Of a DNA stretch of 64,000 bases, positions 35,304 to 48,639 are shown in pieces. Positions within the stretch are counted from its first letter, which is position 1. Every line of letters starts with the position of its first letter. The DNA lies in the NCBI GenBank assembly GCA_964036045.1, contig OZ038379.1:7440001-7504000 (forward strand). The letters run 5' to 3'. A model generated the notes under the pieces. That model did not search any database. It was not told the DNA's origin and saw nothing but the letters and a program-made list of their open reading frames with translations. The position numbers were made by a program, and so were the translations under genes. This DNA is from Eutreptiella sp. 'Long Island Sound 2002' (lineage: Eukaryota; Protista; Euglenida).

Positions 35304-36616
35304 GATTGCATCGGGTCAGCTTCCACTTATGAGTGTTCATCGGGAGGAGTCCTGCACACTGTTGGTGACGCACAAATCTCCCTCATCAGCCGGTGCTCTG
35401 CCTCAGGGCGCATCGAACGTCCTTGGGGTGCAACGGAATCAAAAACGTGACATTTTCCGACTAGAAAAATTTTGAGTTTGTTTCCAAGCACCGTTTATTG
35501 CACCTGATTTTTTTTTTTTTACTGTATTTGCAAATGTGCTTGAAAGAATCACAGCCATTGAAAACACCATCACCCCCTTGTTTGCCGGTCTGGTTACAAC
35601 ATGGGCTAGGTGGTCGTTTGACTCCTTCCCACGATGGGGACTCCATATGGTAGTGGATGGTGGTGGTTAGGCGGTCATTTGATTCCTCCCCTCTTTGGGC
35701 ACCCTGATACGGTATGGGTTGTGCAGCCATTTGACTCCTTCCCGGCTTGAGGACCCTGATGCTGCATGCTGCTTTGGGCAGGTTAATGCATGAGTTATGT
35801 AGTCATTTGATTCCTCACCGCTTGGGGACCCTGGTAAAAATCTGTGAAGGAGAATTTCTCCCCTTAACTCACACCACGTGTTCAAGGCGTGCCACCTGCC
35901 ACTCCAAAGCGCCAAATGTTGGATATCTCTCAAGTGACTCCATTGCCCAGGAAAACTTGACACAACACAACCCCACGCCACAACCCCCGCTTTAAGTTAG
36001 TGGCCTGGGTGTGACATCACCGGTTCTTTGCACTGCGGGTATGGTCAAACACATGGGATTGGTGTTTGCAGTTCAAGGCATGTGTTGAAACATGCGATGC
36101 TGGTGTGTCTCCGCGCCTTGCACGTTTGAGAAAAAAAAGCTTGCTCTGTGGCCTGCTTCTTTTTTTTTCTTGTGGGGTGGCCGTTGAACCCGCCTGTCAT
36201 TTGTACTTGTGGGACCCCAAGCGCAATCAGCTGTACAAGCAAGCTCTTGTGGATGGCCCAAGCAACAAAGGCATTCCAGCACCGACCCCTTCACATTCCA
36301 ATGTGGGGACAGTTGCAGTTGCGACTGTCATCGATGTGTGTGGATTTGGGCGTGTTGTCACCCAACCATATGTCACTCAGCTTTGTGAAGCATGATCGGG
36401 ACATTGTGAATTGCACCCCTGGGGTGCAATCGGCGTTTGTTTGAGTCCTCTGACCGTCCATCTTGTTTCTCTCTTCCCCCGCCACATATCATGTCCCCAA
36501 TTCATGTGTGACCTTTTTTCTTGGTATTTGTAGGTGCGATATCCAAATCCTACTGAGGGCCCCTTCCCCTGCATTGTTCAATCCTGCACAACGAAGTCTG
36601 TGACCCGCTTCCCCAG

Positions 36617-36759
36617 AGGACGTGGCACAGATGCCGCAGGCCCCTGAGTTTCTTTTGGCCAAGACGCTGCAGCGGCTGGACGAGGCGGCGGCGCTGAAGG
36701 GCTGGTGGGTGTCCGAGAAGTACGACGGGCTGCGGGCGTATTGGGATGGCGAGCGGTTG
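36617..36759 (+). CDS. Exon: ATP-dependent DNA ligase nucleotidyltransferase motif I (small bacterial/kinetoplast-type family)
   Basis: TTCCCCAG| EDVAQMPQAPEFLLAKT...GWWVSEKYDGLRAYWDGERL |GTGTGG (alternative donor at 36756). KxDG lysine codon at 36718-36720. Confidence 0.85.
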
Positions 36760-38083
36760 GTGTGGCCTGTGCTCCGTTTCTCCGGACCGCTACCCCCTGC
36801 CCCCAAGCCCCACCCCATTCCCCGTTGGGTCTGGGCCGCGGGCCGTGCCCGGTGTGGCGGATGGGGGCCCTTTCTGAAGGGGCCGGGCAGGCCGACTGGT
36901 GCAGCGGAGTGGCGGGGGAGGAGGGGGCCGAAGGGAGGCTTTGGGAGCGGTTGCAGGCGGTTGGAAAGCGGTTGGGAGGCAATTTCGGTCGGGTACAAAG
37001 CGGTGTCAGGGCCGTTGAAGGGGGCCAGAAGCGGTTAGCACAGCTGACCGGCACCCCAAAGAGGGGCGGGGGCAGGGATCCCTCCCCCCTCTTCAAGCGC
37101 ACCCCCGTGGATGTATTAGAACAGCTGCCAACCGTAGGTGGAGGGTCCCCCGCCCCTTGGGCCCCCTCCCCCCACCTCCTCCCCTTCTCATGCGTTGGGG
37201 GGGGATTGCACTCTTCGCTACAGGTTCCCCCACCTATCTAATGTTTAGCAATAATCATTACTTTGCCCCTGGTGTCAGGGGAGACACAGGCTTCGGCTGC
37301 AATTTGCTTTTCATAATTTGTGCCCAGCTGCTTGTGCTGGGCCTCCGCAGTGTTCGTGTTTGTATTGCTGATCAGTGACAGACCTGGACGGAGTTTTGGG
37401 GGGGGGTGTCAAGCGCTACCAACTAACACTTCAATGGTCAGTCACACGCCAACAAACCCTCGAGACTCCCCCCCTGCTCTCGACCCCTTCCCCGAACCTC
37501 CGTTAAACAACCAGCCACAGTCAAGGGAACAGACAACAGTCAGCCAAACACAGGGGGTCACTGACAGCACCAATTGGAAATGTTACGTTTTCGTTTTGGG
37601 CCCTCTCAGTTGGTTGTTCAACAGGTCCTGTGTGATGCATGGGTGCCTGGGCAGGCCGGTTTCACTTCTGCCCGCAACGGGGGGAGGAGAGGACGCCCAG
37701 GCACTCAAGGAGGCCAAGAGAGCAGGTTGGGATGGACAACCGTAGGAGGCAGGGGGGCTTGGGCCAGACCCAGGGCTGCTCGGCACTCGGTACCACTGGG
37801 GGTGGGGTCCCCCCCCCCCCCCACCTAGATCTACCCACCAATCCCCCCCGAAAATATTGGACCATATTTTCCTCTGGGCCTTCGGCCAATCAAAAAACTT
37901 TCTCTGGTGCCTTTGGCGCCAATTGACTGGAGTGGGAATTGGCCAAAGTCCCTCCGTGTGTTTGGCGGTCCCTCGTTGCATATGGGAGAATTATTTCAAG
38001 GAAATTACGGATTTCAGAGCCAAAACCAAAGCTATGACCCATGTGCACCGCCACCACCTTTGCCTGCTCGCTGCTCTTTGCAG

Positions 38084-38228
38084 GAATTTACTCCTGGCCA
38101 GCCGTTGTTTATTTTCGAGAACCTCTCGCTGGGTGAGAAAGCCAAGACGCCCTTAGTTGTTGGTATCAACGGCGATGTGACCCATACGTCCTTTCCTTTT
38201 GACGAGACATTCAATACCGTCCCGGAAG
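38084..38228 (+). CDS. Pyruvate:ferredoxin / NADP+ oxidoreductase (PFO/PNO) internal exon, copy 1
   Basis: TTTGCAG| EFTPGQPLFIFENL...VVGINGDVTHTSFPFDETFNTVPEG |GTGTGT; matches the PFO EFTP..FDNL..VGINDDVTHTSL motif. Confidence 0.85.
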
Positions 38229-38759
38229 GTGTGTTGAATGACGCAGCGCCGAGCACGCTGCTGGTAGCATTGATGCCATGAGGGCCTCAGAGCAATTACC
38301 GCCTGCTTTCCAAACAACTACGACCAGCTTTAAAATCTTTGGGGCTTCCGCAGGATTTCCATGAACAGACGTGCTTAGGTACACCAGCTCCACCAAGTGC
38401 AAGAGTGCAGACCTATTCCGTAAAGAGGGAAATTTTAGGAGAGAGCATGGCATGCCAACAGCTCAAATAGAGGCAAATCTGGAGACGCCAGGAGCCAGAA
38501 TCAGCACCTCTCCCACTCTCATTTCATAAAACATTTTTCCCACTGACCACAACAAGCAACAGAGTCAATTTATTTCTCAAACTCAAACCAGAGTGCACCA
38601 GTTTCACGCCACTTACTGTTGTTTTTTGAAATGTGATGAGCAACGTACGCATAAAGAGGGCGTTTTTTTTTTGTAGGGTTGAACACAGTGCATTGCTCGT
38701 GGTAGATTCTCTGTGAGGTGGACTTGCCAAAGGCAGTAGAATGTTTTTAAAGTTCAGCC

Positions 38760-38950
38760 TTTTCCGAACCTCTGCACAACATCGTTTGGTACCCTGAACC
38801 TCTCTGCACAACATGCCCTCCATCGTTTGGTGTCCCGAGTGTGTACAACATTCTTTGGTACCCCAGCCTCTGCACAACATTGTTTGGTACCCTGAACCTT
38901 CTTGCACAACATCCTTTGATACCCTGAACCTTTGTGCACAACATCGGTTG
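38760..38950 (+). repeat. ~30-bp degenerate minisatellite, about 6 units (CTCTGCACAACATCGTTTGGTACCCTGAAC)
   Basis: Direct read. Confidence 0.85.
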
Positions 38951-39529
38951 CTCTCTACACAGAGTGGTTTTCCCTTGACGGACCGTTCACTATTGGCTGT
39001 CTTGGGTCTGTTGGAGCATCCTTGAATAGCTATGATGAGACCAACGCTTAGAGCAACACCTTTCATGGATGTGCGGAGACGTGTTATGCAGACCCCTCCT
39101 GCACAGCAATTCAGTTTGGCACAGCAGGCAAACCTCGCGAAAATGATTGCATCACCAGGAGCGCATTTTACTACGATTCGAATGCGAATTGGGGTTCTTA
39201 TCAACTCATCAGAAGTATGTTCATCATTGGCTCATTTGTCACATTGCCTGTCTGAAGCATGCTCTCCTCCACCACACTGCAGCACAACAAACACCGAATT
39301 CCGAACAGGCTGCCACATAACACCCATCCCCAAATGTTGTTCAATTTGTGTAGCTATCTTGTTAAGTCTGTTGAACTAGTTGACTCGGAGTTAGAAATGC
39401 GGTGCGTGATCGACGGTCGATGGTCATATTCGACGGAGTGTGTGCACGTAGCCCGAAAAACAGTGCAATGCGAAAACCTCGGGGTGTGCACACAGGCGGC
39501 CACCTTTGCCTGCTCGCTGCTCTTTGCAG

Positions 39530-39674
39530 GAATTTACTCCTGGCCAGCCGTTGTTTATTTTCCAGAACCTCTCGCTGGGTGAGAAAGCCAAGACGCCCTT
39601 AGTTGTTGGTATCAACGGCGATGCGACCCATACGTCCTTTCCTTTTGACGAGACATTCAATACCGTCCCGGAAG
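39530..39674 (+). CDS. PFO/PNO internal exon, copy 2 (E>Q and V>A changes)
   Basis: Same 145-nt exon and splice sites inside a ~340-bp duplication. Confidence 0.85.
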
Positions 39675-39918
39675 GTGTGTTGAATGACGCTGTGGCCCAG
39701 TGCCGAGCATGCTGCTGGTAGCATTGATGCCATGAGGGCCTCAGAGCCCGAGAGGGGGATGCAATCACAGCCTGCTTGCCAGCCAACTACCGCCCGCTTT
39801 AAAATCTGCGGGGTTTCCGCAGGATTCCATGAACAAACGTGCTTAGGTACTGCTGGTGGAATGTTTCTGATGGGTGCGTTCATCAACAATGATTTCTTTT
39901 CGGCGTTCAGAGGCCTGA

Positions 39919-40292
<374 letters not shown>

Positions 40293-40679
40293 TGTCTCTG
40301 GCCATTTGTGCACAGAAAAGCATTTCTGTGTTTCTCACCCAGTTTGAACCCTTTGGGTGGGAGCATGTGTTACACTTTCCATGTGCATACTGTGTAGCAT
40401 ATTGGATGCTGAATATATGGACGTTGAGCGCTTGCTTTTGGGCAAGCAAAGCATTTGGTTTTGGCCCATTCCTCCCCATTTCCACAATGCTATTGAAGGG
40501 GAGATGCCTTGCTTATCATTTTTGTATTGGGTGTTCCATATAGGACAGCGACACACAAGCTGAATTTGCACATGTTAGGTTTTTCTCTCAAGGTCGCTTA
40601 ATGGCACATCTTGGTGTGCACAACATGCAGTGCATTAGAAACTGGGCTTCACAGGGGACTTGGTGTAAGGTCTGACATA

Positions 40680-40963
40680 CACCATGGATTGCTTGGAAGC
40701 TGTGGGCAAGGACACGTGATCCCCATAAGTCGCGCAGTAAGCAGGCTGAGGGGCACGTCCATGCACCAAGGATTGCTTGGAGGCTGTGGGCAAGGACACG
40801 TGATCCCCATAAGTCGCGCAGTAAGCAGGCTGAGGGGCACGTCCATGCACCAAGGATTGCTTGGAGGCTGTGGGCAAGGACACGTGATCCCCATAAGTCG
40901 CGCAGTAAGCAGGCTGAGGGGCACGTCCATGCACCATGGATTGTTTGGAGGCTGTGGGCAAGG
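40680..40963. repeat. 84-bp tandem repeat, about 3.3 copies
   Basis: GGATT at 40686, 40770, 40854 and 40938. Confidence 0.95.
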
Positions 40964-41242
40964 TGCCGGCTCATGCGCTCTGCCTTTGCGTGTCCCCGCT
41001 GGCACGCCCGGCAAACTCGACGCGTCTGCCAAACTAAGTACCAGTTTTTTTTTTGCACGTTTTTGGAGCTGTACTGCCGATGGTGTCAGCAGCAGCCCCG
41101 CCAGGACCTTTTGCTTAGGCCTGGTTTGGTTTCCAGCCCTCGGGCTGATGTTGGCCTCTGCTTCCATACCTAACCTCATACCATCATGAATCTGTAGCAA
41201 CCTCTCTTGTTAGCTCTTGTTAGCTCTGCCAAGCCACACAAC

Positions 41243-41268
41243 AACCCTAACCCTAACCCTTACCCTAA
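41243..41268 (+). repeat. Short interstitial telomere-like array (CCCTAA)2-CCCTTA-CCCTAA
   Basis: Direct read; a related array lies at 42427-42443. Confidence 0.7.
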
Positions 41269-41286
41269 TCAAGATTGAATATTGGG

Positions 41287-42424
41287 ACCGAGCTGGTGGG
41301 GGGGGGAACATTAGCTATGACTGGTGAGGGACATCAAGAATGATTCACACATTGATGGCTCTTGAAAAGTGAAATCAGCTTGCAAGTGAACCCCATCACC
41401 ACGAGGCCCACTTTCAAGGCCTTTTGGACTTCTGAGGGGCCAAAATGCCCCAAAATGGGCTCAAAATGGGCTCATTTCACCCGTTGGTGCACCCCAAATG
41501 GTCTAGGATGAGGTTTGGAAAACTGCGTTTTTGACCCATTTTTGACCCATTTTTGGTCCCAAAACAGCCCATTTTCAAGGCATTTTGGGATTTTCGGAGG
41601 ACCAAAATGGGCCACCACAGGCTCAAAACGGTCCAAAAACACTTGTTTTAGCGTCGCACATGGTGTAGGATCATTTTTGAGAAAAGTCATCTTTTTGCCC
41701 CTATTGGACCCTGTTGACCCATTTGGGCACCCATGTGTTTGGGCTTGAGCTTGCAGCTTGTTGCAGCCTAGTGGGCCTAGGTATGGGGGCCTAGGCGTCC
41801 GTTTGGGCAATTCTGAGGGGCGGAAACCACAAAAAGCGGGGGGTTGCGGGTGGAGTAGGTGCCCTCGGAATTGCATTTTGAGCCATGTAGCCAAAGATAT
41901 GGCCTATTCTTGGTTTGTGGCTGTCGGCATTTGGAGCTTCTGGGGGCCTTTTTGGGCCGTTTCTCAGACATATCATGGAGCTAGAGGGCCGCAAAGAGCT
42001 CGTTGACACGGGGAAGTCAAGACTCACGTGGAGTGCACCCACCGTTTCCCTTCGTTTGGCCGTTTTGAATGTGTTCCAGGGCTTTTTTGGCCCAAAAATG
42101 ACTATTTTTGGCCCTAAAGTGCAGTTTTTGAAACTGAGGTCCGCCACTTGCGGATCCCGTTCCCGGCCACCACCGTTGAGTTTCTTGCTCAAACTTTGTG
42201 TGATTGTACTTCACACCCATAGGTATCATGCACCAAAATTTCACTCAAATCCAAAGCACCACGACGGAGTTCTGATTTTTTCCCATTTCGCGCGTGCTGC
42301 TTGCTTGTTGCTTGCTGCTTGCTGCTTGCTTGCTGCTTGCTTGCTGCTTGCTTGCTAAACCTGGTAGGTCCACCCTAGACACTAAAAAGGGTTATAAAAC
42401 CAAGACTGGTTCCACCAGCTCGGT
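41287..42424. mobile_element. Non-coding element bounded by a 13-bp perfect inverted repeat, between telomere-like arrays
   Basis: ACCGAGCTGGTGG (41287-41299) / CCACCAGCTCGGT (42412-42424); internal (GCTT/GCT)n microsatellite at 42295-42356. Confidence 0.5.
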
Positions 42425-45400
42425 GACCCTTACCCTAACCCTACTGGACACTGACCCAATCCTAACAATGGTGCCACTTTGTAGGGGGCTTGTCAGCGCT
42501 TGCTCGTGTGAAGCATTCTCCTGGCCCAACTGCCTGACACACGCAAAGTCATATCAATGCCGCAATTTTCAGCACCAATCAAGTCAGAAGTCCCAGGCCT
42601 TTCAGCCCCCCTCCCCCCCCCCTGCCCAGACGGTGCTGCCAATTTCGGGTGTAGGCATGTAGACTTCGCTTTGGGGCTGACCAGTACATTCATCCTGATT
42701 CTGGTGTTCTGGCAAAACATTTCATGTGCCAACAGCTCCACAATGACCCACAGTTTTGGGTCCATCTGCATCATTGATCTGTGGTCGTGTGAGGTCGGCC
42801 CACATCTGATCTGTTTGATGATCAGTATCTCCTTATTGGCTGTCTCCCGCTTCTGCATGGAACAGCACAAAGCCTGTGGTGCAGCACCATAGTGCTCTCC
42901 GTCCCGTCATGTATGAGGGGATCGATGAGCGCTCCACATGATGGCTCCGCAGTATGCATGCATTGTCTGTGGTATTGTAGTCAACCACTGGGTTGAAAGT
43001 TCTGCAGAGGGGTCTAATTTCTTAACCCATTTGCTGGACAGTGCAGCCTTATTCTACATGTGATGTAATAATTTTACAGAATGCCATGAGACCCAACTGT
43101 TGTGTGGGAATACGGGCAGTCTACGTGGCCTCACAGTCTGCATGCATCGTCTGTGGTGTTGGCCAACCACTGTTTTGAAAGCTCTGATTTCTCGACCCAC
43201 TTACTGGACAGTGCAGTTTTTTTTCCACATACGGTGTATCAATATCACATTTCCCTGAGTACCCATTATGCTAGCAAATTGTATTTGCCTGTGATGCATT
43301 GATTTTATTGATATTGGCTGATGCTGGTTGTTAATGGTGTTCCCGAGCGCCACTGGATATGGAGTTTGTCTTTTTGGCTTGAAACATTTTCGATCCATGA
43401 TGGATGGCTCAGCGCCTGGCAGAGCTGCCAATTGTCAGCGGTAAATAGACAGGGAGTGGCGACAGGTCAGTATGCAGGGGAGACAGCACACGCCTCGCCA
43501 ACACATTTGCCTATGTGCAGGGACCTGATGGCAAGATAGAGGTATCCTATGTACATAGCAGGCAAGCCAGAGTTTGTGGCTGACAAACACGGCCATCTCA
43601 AGAACATGGAGCTACATTGGAGAGCTGTGCATTGAGTACAGCTGTGAAAGCTGCCGAACATTGCTGCATATGCATACCAGGACGTGCATGTGTGGAGTGC
43701 TCTTTGACCTGTGTGCGGCCAACACATTTAAAACACATCACTTTTGTCATTTGATGAAGCAGTGTTGGATCAGTCTAGCACAGCACAACCCTATAGAGCA
43801 TGTGTAACCTTTTATTTCTCACAAAACAGTGATTGCATGAATCAAATCAGCACATGCATCTACAACCACATGCACATTAGAAAAATTGGCTACCATGTGT
43901 TTTTTTTTGGGTTTTTTTGCAGATGGAATGCTTTTAGATTTGTTTGATGGACAGAAAATGGTGCATGTAGAATCATTCTTTGTTAATGTTTAATATTTTG
44001 TTAATATTTAAGAAAGACACCAAAGCACCCAGGGCAGCGTATTTGACACACCACCAAAGGACAGCCGAGGACATCAATCAGAAATTTTGATGCAAGAAAT
44101 GGTAAAAAACCATCATGGCCCAAGATACCCACAGTGGGTTTTTTTTGTCAAGCTGGATATTGGTTTTCACAAACGGCAAACAGTACATTATCGTGATACA
44201 ACAAATGCATGTACACGTTTTCCACCTAATGGCATAGCCCACAGCGATATGGTAGGGGAATTTAGGGCATATTCCAAAAAGATGTTGACCAAAAAGAAGT
44301 TGAGGGGGATGCTTTTGGTTTGTTAGGACGGGAGGTCAAGAGTTGAAGGGAGGAGCGGGCTTTACCGGGCAAAAGGCAGTTGCAGAGGTACAAAGCAACA
44401 CAGAAACAATTCAAGCATATCCACACATTTTTCTTGGAAAACCATTTCAACAACTGTCAAGGAGCTAACTCTTTTCCTACGCACACGACAATTTACATCT
44501 CTGCTTTTGCAGTGATTTGTGTTCATGCATATCTTGGTTCTCTCATTTCCGTTTTCAATGGTCAAACCGTCCATTGTTGTGCAAGGTACCGGGCCAGTGT
44601 TCGCAACATTGTCCACCACCCCAAATGCTTTCTACACCGTTCCCTGGACCCAATAACCAATGTTTTGCAATGTTACAATGCCGAACACCTCAAACAAATG
44701 CGATTGCATGTTTGGACTTTTTTTCTTTATCAAAACTGACACAGGATAGGGGACCGTTGCATCACTAGGTGACAGAAGCAACTGCGACCGAATTCTCATT
44801 CCAAATGTTCTCGTTCGGCAACCTACTCCCGTATTATCTCCAAATATTCCTTATTTGCAACACAAATGCACACTAAAGTCTGCACACATCTACACACTTT
44901 AACGAGACTTTGTTAGCAACTATTAGAAATATCCCCATCCATCTATAGCACTTCCTTTCCCGCACCAATTTCTCTTTTCCAACAGAAACAACATTAACAC
45001 ATCCTCACAACCAACACCTCTACTCAGCAAGGTCCATAGTATAAAAGAAAAAAAAACATTGAAACACCAAGCCCTAAAGCCCCTTGCCAAGGCACCCACC
45101 GCATCTACCCACCAACCCCTGCCACCAAAGGACACAAGACGCAAACTCCCAACCCTTCAAAATAGAAGCAACCTAAGCTCTACTTGTGACAGGCAAGTTT
45201 CCGCCTCAAACTAATTTTATAGGAACTTTGGGGGTTTTCTCCTTTTCTTTCTCGAAACATGATCTCTTGTTCATCTTGCACATACCCCACCAAAGTCATC
45301 CCTCCCACCCCTTCTGCCGCCACCATGTACCTAAAATTTTTGGACCATTTTATTTTCTGCGCTCAATAAAAATAGGAAGCCGATGGCATGACAACCCACA

Positions 45401-46622
45401 CCATTCAAAAGATTGTTGCTATGTTGCAGGGTCTAATCCATTGAGTTGCCATACATATGGTTGTTGTCCTTGATGAAGTTTAGCTCGCCATGACCACTTT
45501 TACACCCCTACTAAGGTTGCTTTCGTGTTGTGCACCCCAAAAAGTTACGCCCATGCATCACAAATCAAAGAAACGGCCCACAAAAATGTATACAATGTAT
45601 CACCGAAAAGCACTTATGCACACCAAAAAAAATTAAGGAACAATAGCCTGGACGGATACAGCTACAATCTAACTACCCGCATTATTTCAATAATTTTTTC
45701 CGTATTAGTCATGAACTTGAGTTGCAACAATGTCCGGAGGGCGGGGGGATGAGTTGAAGGATGAAGGGGGTGCGAATGCCGGACCGATGTTTTTCATCGA
45801 AAAGGCAGGAAGAGTGCAGATGAGCCCCGTTGAGGCTGATCGAACCGTGCAATCATTCTTGCCGGTCCAATATTCGGCATTTGTGATGACATACATAATC
45901 TTACCTCTATGACTTTGTAAGCTTAGTTTGGAATCTTATGACGATAGCATTTTGAACTATGCTGTCTGAATACGCTAAGTAGTGCAAGTGGCTCGGCTGT
46001 TCATTTGTCCCAAATCTAGCGTATGGCCTGTGAGGCCCGGAGCAGTTCTGAAAACCTAACTTCTTTGCCTTTGGCGCATATATTGAAAGAGATCTTAAAT
46101 CCGTATCAAGCTACGTGACAATAGAGAATCAGAAAGGCGCCTTTTCCAAAGTTTCACAAAGACCCAAAATGGTCAAAGCCATAGACAAAGAGGGTAGCAT
46201 GATGCATCCATGGGACAGAAATTGTTATGCTTTCAATGATTGTTTTTGTGTTGATGTGCTTCTGCTTGTATCTTGCTGCTTGCCTGCTCCTCTTGTTTTT
46301 GCGTACTTTGGAAACCAGGGAAAAGACCCAATCCACGGTCCGAGTACGGCACAATTCAGGATCTTATACTCCAGACATGAAGGGCTGCAGTCAAAGGGAA
46401 ATACATGTACAAAGTATTCACAACAATGGATCAAACTGTGACTGCCTATTAGAAAAGATAGGTAGAAAACAAACAAATCAACATAGAAAACTGCCCTCAT
46501 GGGTATCCTCTCTGAGGCAGGGTCAGTGTAGCCTTTGTTTTTGGTCCGTTAGGTGCTGAGGTGGCATAGCTTGTGGCACTGAGGTCACTGCCATGTCACT
46601 TGCGATCTTCCTACTTAGCTAG

Positions 46623-46703
46623 GCTGGCTGGGAATTGAACCTAGGACCCATCCAAAAGAGGTACCACAGCCCTCTAGGATGCACACCACTAGGATAAGTA
46701 GGC
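46623..46703 (-). pseudogene. Degenerate tRNA(His-GTG)-like / SINE head
   Basis: On the minus strand: A-box-like TATCCTAGTGG, anticodon loop CTGTGGT in a 4/5-bp stem, B-box GGTTCAATTCC. The acceptor stem does not pair. Confidence 0.45.
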
Positions 46704-48639
46704 ATTCATGAAAAAATAGATAAAAATTTATATGCTCTGAGCCAGAGCAGTGCCTCAGTAATCTCAGGGTCCTATGATAAAATCAAAATAGTTGGAGGGT
46801 TAGGGGTCCAGTATTTGGTCCTCACAACATCCATTGATTAGTGCTTGGTTTTATAGGTGAAAATGCATTATCCTCATTTTGGTGGGGCCAATGCTAAGAT
46901 AAAAATGTGATATGCCTCTGTTAAAACTCCAAAAACAAGCAAGAAAAAGATGAAGCGCAGGAGCGGCGGCGGCGACGAGCAAGGCCAGAACACGATCTCG
47001 AAATTCAAATAGGTCCAGAATCATCAACAAAGGGCTGCATAGTTATAATAATATGGAAAAAATGACATAACAACAAATGAATCGACCTCATACCACATGC
47101 ACCATGATTTCATCTTGTTATACATCTTGATGTGTCGGTTGACTTGGGTAGGAATTACCCATGAATGCCTGGCAATAGTTGCCACCTATAGGAGTGCACA
47201 TGTGCTCCACTAGGGCCTGTCCATCTACCATGTATCATATCATGTGCATGCTTGTATGATATTGTCATGTCATGTATGTATTGCCATTCCATTCCCATAT
47301 ATGCATCCATTTCTATGCATGCCCTCCACTCACCATTGGCATGAGCAACATTGCTCCACATTTGCCATATATCTCTCACATCAACAGCCTCAAGGCATCT
47401 TTAATACAACTAAAGCTATCCCCAAAGGCATTGAAATACACTTTTTCTTACTGAGATCTTACCCTAGCTTGCAACTCACAAGTTATTACTCGGCCAATAG
47501 GGGTCATGGTGTGCTCCAAAAAGCAGCCTTTCTACGAAATGCCGAAGATTTCACACCGTGAGCCAAGGATGAGCGGGTTGACAACTAGTTTGGCAACAAC
47601 ATCCTATACTGCAAGGTTGGCATAATGCCCGGCGGTCAAAAAGGGTTGCATGTTGCTGGGTACTCGGCCGTATTGGTCAAAACAATGTGCGAGCTGCGCT
47701 GGTGGTTGGGTTGGTGATACACATCTCTTTGCGCTAAACTTGTCCTTCGGAATGCAAAAAATAGAGAGATGTTTTGTAGAACACATTCAATTGCCCCTTA
47801 TCAAAGACACCAATTTGGACCATCGCCGGAAACCGTCCAATGCAGCGCAGGTTTAACACTTGTACTGTTTTCAGAAGTGCTTCTGTTTAGAACATAAGCT
47901 ACGATTGCAGCATTCACCAACACATGATGTCTGTTCAACACATCTTTACATACAAAGATTGGACATATCTCCGCACTTTTCCCTTTGTGTAGCATGTAAC
48001 CTACCTTTTTGTACCACATGCAGAAGGTTCTCTAAACATGAATCAAGCCTTACCATGCTCCAATGGAGAGCACAGACTCACACATGAAATTCTTTTGGCC
48101 ATTGCGTGTAGACCTCCAACGAGTTTTTGTTTCGTAGTAAGTTAACTTATGTCTGCCAAAAACTTTGTCACCTAAGTATGATCCTTTGTGATAACATTTG
48201 GTGGCGGCAGCTTGTGTGTTAACACCATGACATTTATAGGCTGCATGTTTTTGTACAAATTGTCCTTCCACTCATCAAAACAGGATTTGGCTCCATGATA
48301 TCGCTCCATACAATTGTCCATATTGCACAAACATGCATTTTGGAATGCAAAAAAAAAAATAAGGATTGTACTTCTTGGAAATCTCTTGCCAAATGCAAAT
48401 TTTACTCAACTACATTGTGCATAATTGGATATGCGAATTTGCAACACATGTATACTGAGATCATGTCTCTTATTTTACGGAACTACTTATCTTATCTTTA
48501 CAAAAAACAACCAGTTTTGCTGATTCATGTTCCCTTTGCTCTCTGCCTCCATGCTATCCATGCGGGGGCTCCCATTGAGAAGCCATTTATTTGCTCCCTA
48601 CTTACCAAAAGCTTCAAACTTTCCACAAAGCAGACTTGA

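Noticed and set aside
47400-48300. Decayed Penelope/LINE reverse transcriptase on the minus strand
   Set aside because: Only a vague FCIPKDK...R resemblance, with many stops and no YxDD motif found.
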